From Guillardia theta CCMP2712 (lineage: Eukaryota; Protista; Cryptophyta): 64,000 bases of DNA. Every line of letters begins with the position of its first letter. The stretch's first letter is position 1. The notes under the pieces were generated by a model. That model made no database searches, was not told the DNA's origin, and was given only the letters and a program-made list of their open reading frames with translations. Positions 13,101-24,706 of this stretch are shown one piece after another. The position numbers were made by a program, and so were the translations under genes. Location of the stretch: contig NW_005434673.1 of the NCBI RefSeq assembly GCF_000315625.1, positions 872,994 through 936,993 of the forward strand. The letters run 5' to 3'.

Positions 13101-13922
13101 TCCGCAGGGGAGGGCCACGAGGACTCCGACATGTCTGATAGCTTACAAGATGGCGGCCATGCGCGAGGGTACTCGCCGCACAACATCTCGGTTGACATCA
13201 CGTTCCACGGATGTTCGAGGATGCGATCACCCGTGGCTTTCAGGGACTTTGTGAGGAAGGAGCTTGCGAGGTACGAGATCATCAAACCACTTGGATTCAT
13301 CTTCAAGTACTTCCTGTACAAGTTGGGGCTCAACGATGCGTACACTGGAGGGCTGAGCTCGCACTCTGCCATTCTTCTCCTCATCTTCTACTTCAACCTC
13401 GAGGAAGTTTCCAAGGCCTACACTGAGTCGAAAATCCCGGGAAGCTCTCAAGAGATCCCTGCGGACTGCAAGTACGGCGAGTGGCTCCTCCGCTTCTTCC
13501 AGTGGGTTGCAGAGTTTCCGTACAAGCACGTCGGAATCAGCTTCGGCATTGGAGATCATGGAGTGACCCCTTATTTCATTTCCGTCTCCAACTTCGGGCA
13601 GGGGCTGATCAAGCTCAGGCAGTACGATCCGTCCTTACCCGAGGATCCTGACGACAGCAAGGGGACTTTCGATAGGCTCTTCATCGGTGACCCCACTGAC
13701 GTCTCGATCAATGTTGCCAACTCTTCCTTCCAGTGGTTCCTCGTTCAGTTGTCCATCCAGGGCGCCTTCAAGGTTCTATCCGACCACCAGGATACAGCTC
13801 CTCACCTGCGGATCTATGGGGGGGTCTCAGAGTCGCCTTCTCCCTTGCAGAACATCTTCGACCCGGCAGTGGTACAGGCTGCTGGCAAGTTGAGGATGGC
13901 GGCCAAGAATGCACCCAGATGA
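10160..13922 (+). CDS. Non-canonical poly(A) polymerase / terminal nucleotidyltransferase (TRF4/PAPD5/Cid1-like) with long N-terminal extension
   Basis: VEVYGSFSTDLYLPHSDVDVLV (GS..DxD), VPVIKL, VDITF, LNDAYTGGLSSHS, PAP-associated LFIGDPTDVSINVANSSF. Upstream ORFs 10160-11680 appear linked by short introns. Confidence 0.85.
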
Positions 13923-14093
13923 TGATGCGCCTAGCTCGAGCCCACGACGTGTAACTCAACTTACTGTACAGCTTGTGCTTGCCTCTCATGACTTGTTGTT
14001 TTCATATCTAGTAGACACTAACGTTTGAGATGTGTAGAATAAAATGCAAAGCGTGAATTGATGGGAGTGATGGGCTCTTGGGCCACAAACGCT

Positions 14094-16577
14094 TCAAAAC
14101 CTTCTCTTCCCCCTCCTGCTTCCCTCACGCGGATCCCCCTGCCCTCTCTTTGCTTCAAGATCTGCCTCCTCCTCTTTCAGCAGCATCTCTGCCATACGAT
14201 CCGCACGTTGCATCTGCTCCTCGTCCTCCTTCTATCTGCCTTGTCAGTTGCAGCGCACGAAAATGTTGAAAAGACCTTCTTGTCTGCCTGCAGTGATCGG
14301 ACGTCTCGACGCCTCTGCAGCTCTTGGTACATCTTCTCGTGAAGAGGATTCCTTGAAGGGCTGGTCGGGGCTTTACTTGGTCGCGCGTTCATCTTCGATC
14401 GGATGATCGACAGCCCAAAAACAGCGTCTTCGTAGCTGGGATCCAACCTGACGGCTTTCTGCGCATATACTACTTCAGTCTCCCTGTTGAATACATTACA
14501 ACTGACCTTGAGCATCTCTTCTGCTCTCTCCAGGTCCTGTGAAGATCGCGCAAGCAGGTGCCCGTAGTTACAGAGCACTGCAACGTTGCACGGATCAGCG
14601 CACAGGGCTTCCTTGTAAAGATTCTCGGCTCTTTCGTAATCCTTTCTGAAAACCTCAACAAGATGGGCGTAGTTGCATAGATTGATCGCGTCCTTGGGGT
14701 CAACCTCGTACGCTCTTCTGTACAAATCCTCAGCCCTGTTGTGGTCGCCCTTGACAGAGAGGAGGAGATGGCCTGCACAACTGTGTCAGGACCCATCCAT
14801 CGGCAAGCTAGGCGCATGCCGTAGTTGCAAAGGGCAGACGAGAAGTTGGCATTGTACTTCAACGCCATACTGTAGCAGTGCTCGGCCTCTGCGTAGTCTT
14901 GGTGGACAGAATGCTTCAACAAGCCCAAGAAACTCCAGGCAGGAGAAAACATCTCGCTGATGTTCAAAACTCTCCTGTACAACATCTCTGCCTCATCAAA
15001 CTTCTTGAACACAGCCTGGACGAGAAATCGATCAAAAGACGTGCGTGTGAAGGTTACAAGAGGAATTCCTGAAACAGCAAGCCATAATTGCACATGGCAT
15101 GCAAGTTGATTGGATCTTTTTCCAGAGAGATCTTATACAGATCCTCGGCAACGGTGTATTGCTTTCGAAACTGAGAAGCGAAAAAGAGTCAAAAGAAGCT
15201 TGACGCGATGATCAGAACGAAAACCTTGCCAACAAACGTGGCGTAAAAGCACAGTGCATCAGCATGGTACTTGTCTCTACTCAAAGCTTCCTGATTGTCT
15301 CATTGTCAACGTAGCAGTACCTTGATAAAAGAAGTTCTTACCAGATAGATCTTCTCAGCAGCATCATACTGGTTGCAAGTCTCTTGTACAAAGATTGCTC
15401 TGCCACAAAGAGCAGACGTATGGTTCGGTGCGATCGCTAATGCCTTTTCTATCGCTTGTTCTGCTTTCCCATAGCTGTGCAAGGCGTTTAGTCACAGAGG
15501 CGTGGCAAAGTTTCTTTACCATCGTAGGTTTTCATCAAGTAGCAAAATTCCATACTTTGCGAGCACGTCAACATTGTCTGGAGACTTCTCCAGTGCCTTC
15601 TCATAATATTCCTTGGCTTTCACAACGTTGCTGTTGTATCGATGCTCGATGAAGCCGCACATTGCAAGAGCGTCGACATTCATGCTATCAATCTTCAGAG
15701 CTGTCTGGCAAAGGAGGAGCGAAGTCTTTAGCTCGACTCTGAACAGCCGAAAGATATCTGCAAGGATACAAAACGAAATCGCATCTCCCTCAAAGAAAAC
15801 GAAGTTTCCTTCTAAAATTGTTGTGAGAACCGACAGGACATTCTGAATCCTGTCGTACCTGACAACTCGCTGAAATCGCTGGTTGCTGCATTTTGCGATT
15901 TCAGCTCGGCCTCATTCTTGCCGAGAAATGTTTGCAAGGATGAAACTACTCAAAGTCATGTAAGAAGTGAGCTCAAGTCATCGTGGCTCACCGTAGTCTT
16001 GACCGTCGAAATTGTGGAAACACACTTTAAAGCCGCTGCCATCTGAACGCCGCGTTCACACAGAGCCCTGATCGCTCATCATTACCTTCATTCTTTACAA
16101 GTTTTCCCACAATCCTCGTCTCGAAGCTCAAATGCTCCTGGGAGAAAGAACCATCACATGCACAAATCGCCACAGCGACGCTTCAGTTACAACCTCCTCC
16201 TCCTTTGGTAGGAGCAGAACATGCATTCCCTCCTTGCATTTCGCTTCAGACGAGCTGACGTGCTCTAGAAATGGATCCCAGCGAGCATAAAACTCGCCTA
16301 TGGCAGCATGGTAACACTTGCGCTGGAAACTTCTGGAAGGGAAATCAAGGACTTGCAGGCGGTTTTCGCCACCCTGCCATGAACCCCCGCGCAGCTTGAG
16401 AGGGCTCCCAGCCTTCTCCCTCGATCTAGCGACTTGCTCCCAGCATCTCTGTCGGAGAGTTCTGTTCAAGACGCTCCCCCTTGCCGCGCTCTGGGCCTGC
16501 CCCTCGAAACTTGTTCCAGTCAGACTGCATGGAACCGCACAGGCCAGCGCTATCAAGGAACAAACGATCCACTTCAT
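14094..16577 (-). CDS. TPR-repeat protein, probably with N-terminal signal peptide and LKLRGG motif
   Basis: TPR units (AEMLYRRVL.., ALCNYG, YERAENLYKEALCADPCNVAVLCNYG). ORF 16128-16577 begins with hydrophobic MKWIVCSLIALACAVPC and can be spliced towards the TPR exons; the join is inferred. Confidence 0.7.
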
Positions 16578-17313
16578 CGAGCCAGCTGTCTCATCAAAGA
16601 AGGGATGCAGGGTGATATCACTCCAATCTCATGCTCCAAACACTGCCCCTTCAATCCCTGCTGCACCTGGATCGATCAGTTTCGCCCTGCGGGTGTCATA
16701 GGATCCTGGAAGAACTGAGCGCGCGGATGTTGAAGGAGGAGCTCTGGTAGCTAGAAGCCATCTGTGGAGGTTCATCTCATGATGGATATGATCGTGTGAG
16801 CTCGCCATGCTCCTCCTCTCTCTTCGTACCCTGCCGCTGCCATGCACCTGTTCCCCTCTCTCTTCCGTGCTGCATGATCCGACCCCCGTCCTCACTCACC
16901 CACCCCTACCCTCCTTCAACTTGTCCTTCTCAACGCACCGAATGCTTCATTAATGCTTAGGGGTACTTTCAACCTGAATCTATTGGAAAAGTGAGGGTCC
17001 ATGGGGTACCAATCAGTACCCCTACCCAAATGATTCTGGTCGTACCCCTGCAGGAACCCCACTTCGGGCCGGATTCATGCAGGAGGAGCATCTCGCACAC
17101 GGCAAGATGGGGAGGAGGAAGGAGGGGGGGCCGAAGATCGAGGGCGAGCAGGAGATGATGAGAGGGGAGAGATCGGCCAAGAGGATACAGTGGAGGAGAG
17201 ATTGACGGTAGACGAATGCAGGGCTTGCAGGAACTGTATTCCTACTTGCTTTGAACGCTGATCTTTGCTGCTCTATTTCCCCGTAGTTACAGCTCAAAGG
17301 GAGCACCCTTGAT

Positions 17314-20300
17314 ATGCATCTGAGCAGCAAACTCGTAGTGTACCTGGCTCTGCAGGCAGCTACTCTGCTCGTTGCACGGGAAAGTCGTGTCTGCCCACGC
17401 AGTTCTGGAGGGATCACATGGTCAGATGGCCACCCTCGCTTCGGTAGCGGTGGTACCGAGCAGCATGCCCCTGTCCTTCGACTGGCAGGAGCAGGGAGGG
17501 CATGGATTCGCAAGAAGGTCAAGGCAGCCGTCAAGAAAGAACGGCAGAGGAAGAAGAGGAACATCGAAAACACCAACCTGCGGGCCTCAGTGAGACCAGA
17601 CCCCAAGGCAATCAATAAGCATGCCCTCTTGCAGATCCACATGGAAGAGAAAGCTCTTGAATGGATCCGAGGAGGTCGCAACCACTCAGATATGCCCGTG
17701 GTGGACCCTGTGAAGTTCTTTGAGAGTCTTGAACTTGCTCAAAATCAGAGCAGTCTTGCCGTGGAAGGTGGAGAGGGAAAGGCGACAATGACGATTGAGC
17801 AGGCCAAAGAAGAGAAACGGGCGAGGACTAATTCTCTCCTCGAGGATGGAGAACCTAAGAAGCACAAGAAGCCCAAGTTGTCCTCGCCTTCACCCGATGC
17901 CATGGCTCTTAGGGGCGGAAGAGGCCAGAAACGCGGCGGTGGAGGGCAGAAACGAGGTGGAAGAGGCCGTGGAAGGGGTGCGAGCAGCAAGCCGCCTTTG
18001 CGAGGAATGAGTGGTTCAAATGTAGCAGAACAGGAGGGCTCGCAAGGGCGACAAGGGATGCCTAGCAGCGCCTATGAGAGAAGTGATGAAAACCAACCAA
18101 CCTCAGCCCTGGAGGACCACATCGAAGCAGGCGGTAGAAGGAACGTGGGGGAAAGAGTAGGGATGGCTTCAGCATCTGCTGCCTATACATCCTCCAAAAC
18201 TCAGCAGGAATTACTGGGGAGGGAGGTTGAAGCTCCCGGCTTGAGGGAGCTGCCGGAGAAGACCAAGGAGGCGACGCTAGGAAAGCCGCCTGTACCCGAT
18301 CCCTCGCTGATAAGGCCACCCCAGCCAAGCAGACGGGCAGAGCCAAGCATGGGAGCCGAGCCGAGCAGCAGCAGCAGTCTGTCCGAGAGTAGCAGCGAGG
18401 TATCAGACTCGTCCGCATCCGCAGGGGCAGCCCATGGCAAGAACGCCCCACCGGCTTCTCAGGTCACGGACCTAGGGGGTGCAGGGATCCAGAGTGCGCA
18501 AGCGCTAAGGAAGGAGGTTGAAGCTCCCGGCTTGAGGGAGCTGCCGGAGAAGACCAAGGAGGAGGCGGAGGAGAAGACACAGGAGCAGGGGAAGGAAGCG
18601 ACACTAGGACAGCCGCCTGTGCCCGATTCTCAGCCAAGCAGACGGGCAGAGCCAAGCATGGGAGCCGAGCCGAGCAGCAGCAGCAGTCTGTCCGAGAGTA
18701 GCAGCGAGGTATCAGACTCGTCCGCATCCGCAGGGGCAGCCCATGGCAAGAACGCCCCACCGGCTTCTCAGGTCACGGACCTAGGGGGTGCAGGGATCCA
18801 GAGTGCGCAAGCACTAAGGAAGGAGGTTGAAGCTCCCGGCTTGAGGGAGCTGCCGGAGAAGACCAAGGAGGAGGCGGAGGAGAAGACACAGGAGCAGGGG
18901 AAGGAAGCGACACTAGGACAGCCGCCTGTGCCCGATTCTCAGCCAAGCAGACGGGCAGAGCCAAGCATGGGAGCCGAGCCGAGCAGCAGCAGCAGTCTGT
19001 CCGAGAGTAGCAGCGAGGTATCAGACTCGTCCGCATCCGCAGGGGCAGCCCATGGCAAGAACGCCCCACCGGCTTCTCAGGTCACGGACCTAGGGGGTGC
19101 AGGGATCCAGAGTGCGCAAGCGCTAAGGAAGGAGGTTGAAGCTCCCGGCTTGAGGGAGCTGCCGGAGAAGACCAAGGAGGAGGCGGAGGAGAAGACACAG
19201 GAGCAGGGGAAGGAAGCGACACTAGGAAAGCCGCCTGTGGCCGATTCTCAGCCAAGCAGACGGGCAGAGCCAAGCATGGGAGCCGAGCCGAGCAGCAGCA
19301 GCAGTCTGTCCGAGAGTAGCAGCGAGGTATCAGACTCGTCCGCATCCGCAGGGGCAGCCCATGGCAAGAACGTCCCACCGGCTTCTCAGGTCACGGACCT
19401 AGGGGGTGCAGGGATCCAGAGTGCGCAAGCGCTAAGGAAGGAGGTTGAAGCTCCCGGCTTGAGGGAGCTGCCGGAGAAGACCAAGGAGGAGGCGGAGGAG
19501 AAGACACAGGAGCAGGGGAAGGAAGCGACACTAGGAAAGCCGCCTGTGGCCGATTCTCAGCCAAGCAGACGGGCAGAGCCAAGCATGGGAGCCGAGCCGA
19601 GCAGCAGCAGCAGTCTGTCCGAGAGTAGCAGCGAGGTATCAGACTCGTCCGCATCTGTAGGGACAACGCCGGCTGCCGCAGTGAGGAAAGGGGAGAAGTC
19701 GGGCGAAGCCCCGCCAGTTAAGCCTTTGAATCCTCCATCAGCTACTGCTGTGGAGATCAAGACAGACGAAGCAGAGCAACGAGGCAGGTCTACGGCCCCA
19801 AAGACAATGGGAAGTCAGATGAAAAAAGGTGATTTGCGAACGGCAGAAAAACAGGCAGAGGAAGCGGATTCCAAAGGTCGAGTAAAGGCTTCAGCATTGG
19901 ATGATTTGCAGTTCCAGTCGTGGGACCAACTTCAATCCTTGAGACTGTCAGGTGTTGATGAATGTTTCATGATGATTCTTGTTGTGTTTTGACATTCCTG
20001 CTTGCTTCTCTCGATGCTAGAACCAGAGTCCAAGGTGAACTGAGTCAGGTTGCATTTGGCATGAGTTCTGAACTTCACGTGTGCAGGAAACTCAAGACGA
20101 CGATGACCGGGGAGGGTCTGAGGTGTCTGTTGGATCAAAGAGAACCTCAACGGACTGACTTGAAAATTTCCTAGGAATCATCAACAGAGACCTCCGGACA
20201 CAAAGTTCTTGTTTGTTGCATCATAGAGATCGCTACTGAACCTGCGAAACAGATGTCCGCCTCTTTCTCTCAGGACGACGATTCGGAATCAAGGTAGGAT

Positions 20301-21516
20301 CTGAGAAGGGTGGGCCCACAGGAATGATCGTGTGTTGAATCAGCGAGAAAGTTGCACCGGATCATCTGCATAGAATGGTACCTCTATGCAGTCATCCTCT
20401 CAATTCTTATCTGCTGCAAGGTCACTACGGGGAAGCGAGCATGTGCAGCATTTGGGTTCTTCTTCGACATAGAGGTAAAGTGAACGCAACAGGACTCAGT
20501 TCCTGCAGTTGATGGATGGTTTTCAGGCGTCGGAGAACCACTCGGTATGCATTCAACAGATTCTGACGGCTTCGTACATCCTTGCAAATAGAACTTTGAA
20601 GATCAGCGCCTGGTGTACGCCTGGTGCTCTGCCGTCTTTAGTGTCTCCGAGGATGACTTGGGAGCAGGAGGAAGTGAAGGGAAGGAAACCAAGGAGGCTG
20701 CTTGGGAGCATCTAGGCACGGTGGGTTGACCTTTCTTTCTCCACCCCCCTTGCTCCTTCTTCCCTGGGAGGAAAAGTGGACCCNNNNNNNNNNNNNNNNN
20801 NNNNNNNNNNNNNNNNNNNNNNNNNNNNNNNNNNNNNNNNNNNNNNNNNNNNNNNNNNNNNNNNNNNNNNNNNNNNNNNNNNNTGGGTCAACCATAGCGG
20901 TCTCCCGAAACTCGACGACTACGACCCAGAAGGCCCTGACAACTACGGGCCCATTCCCCTTGCTCGCCCCATCACCATCGCGAAAGGATCCAAGATGGGG
21001 TTTTGCATCCATACAGACCATCCTTGGGGCATCGTCCTACGAGCGCTCGGTGTGGAACGCCAACCTCCTCCCGTCTTCCTCCGTGCTGATGCTGCTGATC
21101 TGGCAGTGCCTGCGTCCGCCGACTTCCCTGAAACTCTCGAGGGGTCAGGGATGCATAAGATAAATCTGGTAGCCATACCCTCCAGACCTTGGACAAGAGT
21201 GTAAGTTGTAGTGACTTTGAGTTGGCAGGGAGATGTAACGGACTCCAATCTGCACGTGAAGCTCCGGGCGGGCAGAGTCCTCTCCAATCCTCTTTCGACA
21301 CCCTTCCAGTACGATTTGCCTGCCATTCCCTTCCCTTCTGACCGTTCCTTCTGCGCATCAATTACCCCTCCTTCCCTTCGGTTTGTCTGTCAGGCTGAGG
21401 AAGGATACGGAGATGGATGCATATGGCCTCTGCGGTATCATCGAGTACAAGCTCCTGCCTGCTTGAGCGATCTGAGGCCTGAGCTCTCCGATCACCGATG
21501 GATGGGGAACTTGTGA
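17314..21516 (+). CDS. Signal-peptide protein with 103-aa tandem repeats and unknown C-terminal domain (spans N gap)
   Basis: 892-aa ORF starting MHLSSKLVVYLALQAATLLVA; further GT-AG exons to ~21.3-21.5 kb; gap at 20784-20883. Confidence 0.6.
18222..19657 (+). repeat. Coding tandem repeat, 309-bp unit (~4.7 copies, first copy variant)
   Basis: GAGGTTGAAGCTCCCGGCTTGAGGGAG recurs near 18222, 18514, 18823, 19132 and 19441; copies are near-identical. Confidence 0.97.
20784..20883. other. Assembly gap (100 N)
   Basis: Run of N. Confidence 1.
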
Positions 21517-23337
21517 CTTTGAATGCCTTGATAAAGGCTTAGGCTGCCAATTGAAGTTGTCAAGTTGTGCTTCCACGCCAATGATAATTCCGATGATGCG
21601 TTCAAGTTATGAACTTCGGAACCAGATTGGTCCTCCGACGACTCACTATGTCAGTGTTGCTCGGCTACTAGCCTTGAAGGCTCAAGTCACTGTCAGGGAT
21701 CATCGGTGGGCAGTCAGAGTCCTGCGGCGGCTGCCAACTTGAAACTCCGCCGCTCCCGACTAGTCACTTTTTTACTCAAAGTGAAGTCAAAAATCAGTAC
21801 GAGAACAATTAGGACGCGGTGACTCTCCGAGAGTCGAGCATGCAGTGCAGTGCGCCGCGCGCGAGAAACTGAGTCACTGGCTGCTCACTGCTGTCCCCAA
21901 ACTTGAAAACTTGACAGTCACTACTATGATTACTACCTAGAAACTTTTTTTGCTCAAAGTTAAGTTAAAAATCAGTATGTGGACACACTGGCCGGCCCCC
22001 GGCCGGGCCGCCCAATGACCTTCAAGGTCACTGGGCCCGGGGCCAACTCAGTTGAGTCACCGATTTGAGTGAAACGGCAGCCCGGCGGCGGAGCGGCCTG
22101 GCGGCCGGGGCCGGGGCCCGGCCGCACCAGTGTCAGAAAACCATCAGAATTTGATTCTAAATTTAGAATTAAAATACTTGTTTCAAATCAGAATGCTTTC
22201 AAAAGCAGTTATATCTTAACGTTTCGATTTATAAATATTTATGGTAATTTTACTTTCAATATGGTTTTATAAAGAGTACTGAGATGCGGCCCCTCCCGTG
22301 CACGGAGGCTATCATACCCCTGATTGGCACTTATCATCAAGGGCAAATGGGGGATGGGGTAGTCGCCCAATTCCGTCCCTTCATTGAACAAAAAGTCCCC
22401 CACCCTCCACCCACCCTCCTCAACTGGTTGACTACTACCTCTACCCCCTCATTTTCCCTTTGAGTACCTCCACCAATTCCCTATTGAAAACAAAAAGTCT
22501 CCCACCATACCCCTGTTCCTAACCCATCCACCCCCTTCAAGCTCAATGCAACCAACTACCCCACCCTTTGAAGCCTCTGGTCCTACCACCCTTTCACTGA
22601 GTGGAATACAACCCCATCCTGCATCGAATCAGCAGATCCTGATGCAACCTTTATATACCACCCCTACCCATCATAATGTATCACCCCACCCTCCTTTAAA
22701 CTCGTCATCAAGATGACCAACCCGTGTCGTCGTTTGTTGACGACCCATGATTGTACGACCAACCCCCTACCCCACTTATCTTGCCACCCCACTCGGTATT
22801 ACCCTCTCTTTCCACTTGTGTACCCTATGTTTGACTGGAAATCACCCCGTCATCTACCCCACCCTCAGTGAAGGGACCCATTCCACACCCTGCGGGCTAG
22901 TCTTGTTGCCACTATCCATGCTACGTCTGCAGCATGTCTGTCAAAAAATTCTCGCAACCACAACAATGTCGCCCTTCTCAGTATCTTGCATGCTCCTTGA
23001 CATGTTCTGTTCGTTATGTGGCATGTTCTGCGTGATTATCAATTTGCATCGTCCCTACTCTCATCATCCTCGACAAACACAACTGAAAGTAAATCTGTTT
23101 CACTTCCTTGGTGGCCAACTCTCCATCAGCCATTGATCCATATTAAGAGGATCATGGACTGTATGTATTCATCCTCCTCAACATTTCCTTCTGTCTGTCG
23201 GTTTTAGCTTTATGGTGTCTATGGCAAACTCTAGCGACCAAGGGCATTGTGTGATGCAAATTGGTGTAGCTTTCATGAATATCGATTCATGTTTCCTACA
23301 AGGCGTTGACACATTTCTGCTTTCAGCTTACCAAGAC

Positions 23338-24572
23338 ATGACACGTACCAAACACATCCTACTTGCCTTAGCAGCGTTGTCAAATTATGCATCGGCCACT
23401 CCCTTTGGTGGGAGCTCCGGAATGCTCAACGAACTGGTCAGGAGCTCCTCACAAAATTTGCGCGAACTTTCACAAAGAGAGCGATCATGCAGCAGGTGAG
23501 AGTTGAGGTTGTGTGCAGAGATTGAACTGATCGTGATCCATAGACAACCTTTTCAAGTTGTTTCATCCCCTTCCACCCCCTCCATTGGAGGGTTGAAAGC
23601 AGCCGCTGCACCCGTCGCTATCATCCCGGACATTGCCAGAGACTCGTCGAATACTTTCCGCAGGCAGAAGAGCACGTGAGTTTGGCTGCTCTGCACTCTG
23701 GATGCAAGTCGATGTGACATATTGGTAGGCCTGTGTACAGAGTCCGCTCTTTTGGAGAGCTCTCCTCGATGGAGTACCAGGACCTCATCGTGAAGCTCTG
23801 GGACGCGGTTGAACAGGGAGACGTCGAGGAGACCATCAGTCTCGTGAAGCAGGTGAATGGGAACAGCGTCCTTGGCTTGTCAGCTGACTCTTCCCCCCAC
23901 CAGGGAGCATGGCCCAACCATATTCGGACGGGGGACGGACTACAGGCGAATGCGCTGCAACTGGCAGCGAAGAACAATCATGTCGAGCTGATCGACGTGC
24001 TCGTTCACCTGGGTGCGGATGTTCACATGGCAAACGCACAAGGGATGACAGCCCTGCACATGGCTGCACAACTGGGAAACATGGAGGTGACGTTCTGGTA
24101 GGGGAGACGACTTGTTGTTGACGACTTGTTGTTCAGTCTGTGAAGACTTTGATCTCGTTCGGAGCGGATCCTCTTTCGCATGTAAGATGATGATGTCTGG
24201 TTGATATGGCATGTGCTCATTGTCCCTCAGGACTGGATGAAAGATACTCCTCTTGACAAGGCCATTCTTGCGGAACAGGAGGTCTGGTTGGATGATGAAT
24301 TCGGTGAGAGTGTTGAATTCATGTGGCAGGAGGTAGCAGATTTCCTACGCTCTGTGATTGAAGGTTAGGACTTTGTTCTGATATTTCACCATCCGTGACA
24401 CGTTAGCAGGCGACCGACAATCTTTACTTGCGTTCAACCAAAACGTGAGGCATATGGTTCTTCGTCAAGACTCTCGTCACTTCGTCGAGGTCCTGCACTT
24501 CTTTTCCATAATAATGGTATGTGACGTTTTTAACAGGGCAAGCACACAAACCCTCTCCTTGCTAATCTTTGA
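23338..24572 (+). CDS. Ankyrin-repeat protein with signal peptide
   Basis: MTRTKHILLALAALSNYASA; LWDAVEQGDVEE, NALQLAAKNNHVELIDVLVHLGADV, GMTALHMAAQLGNME, DTPLDKA. Confidence 0.8.
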
Positions 24573-24706
24573 AGGGATTTACACAATATGACAATGCGCT
24601 TGCTGCAAGGTCACAAAACGTTCGATCTACCCCCCTTTATTTGCTGTTTTCATCATGTATTATATTCTGATCGAGTTATCTCCTTGATATATCCTTGTCT
24701 TTCTTC

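Noticed and set aside
18222-19657. CRISPR-like array
   Set aside because: No unique spacers; these are in-frame coding repeats in a eukaryotic gene
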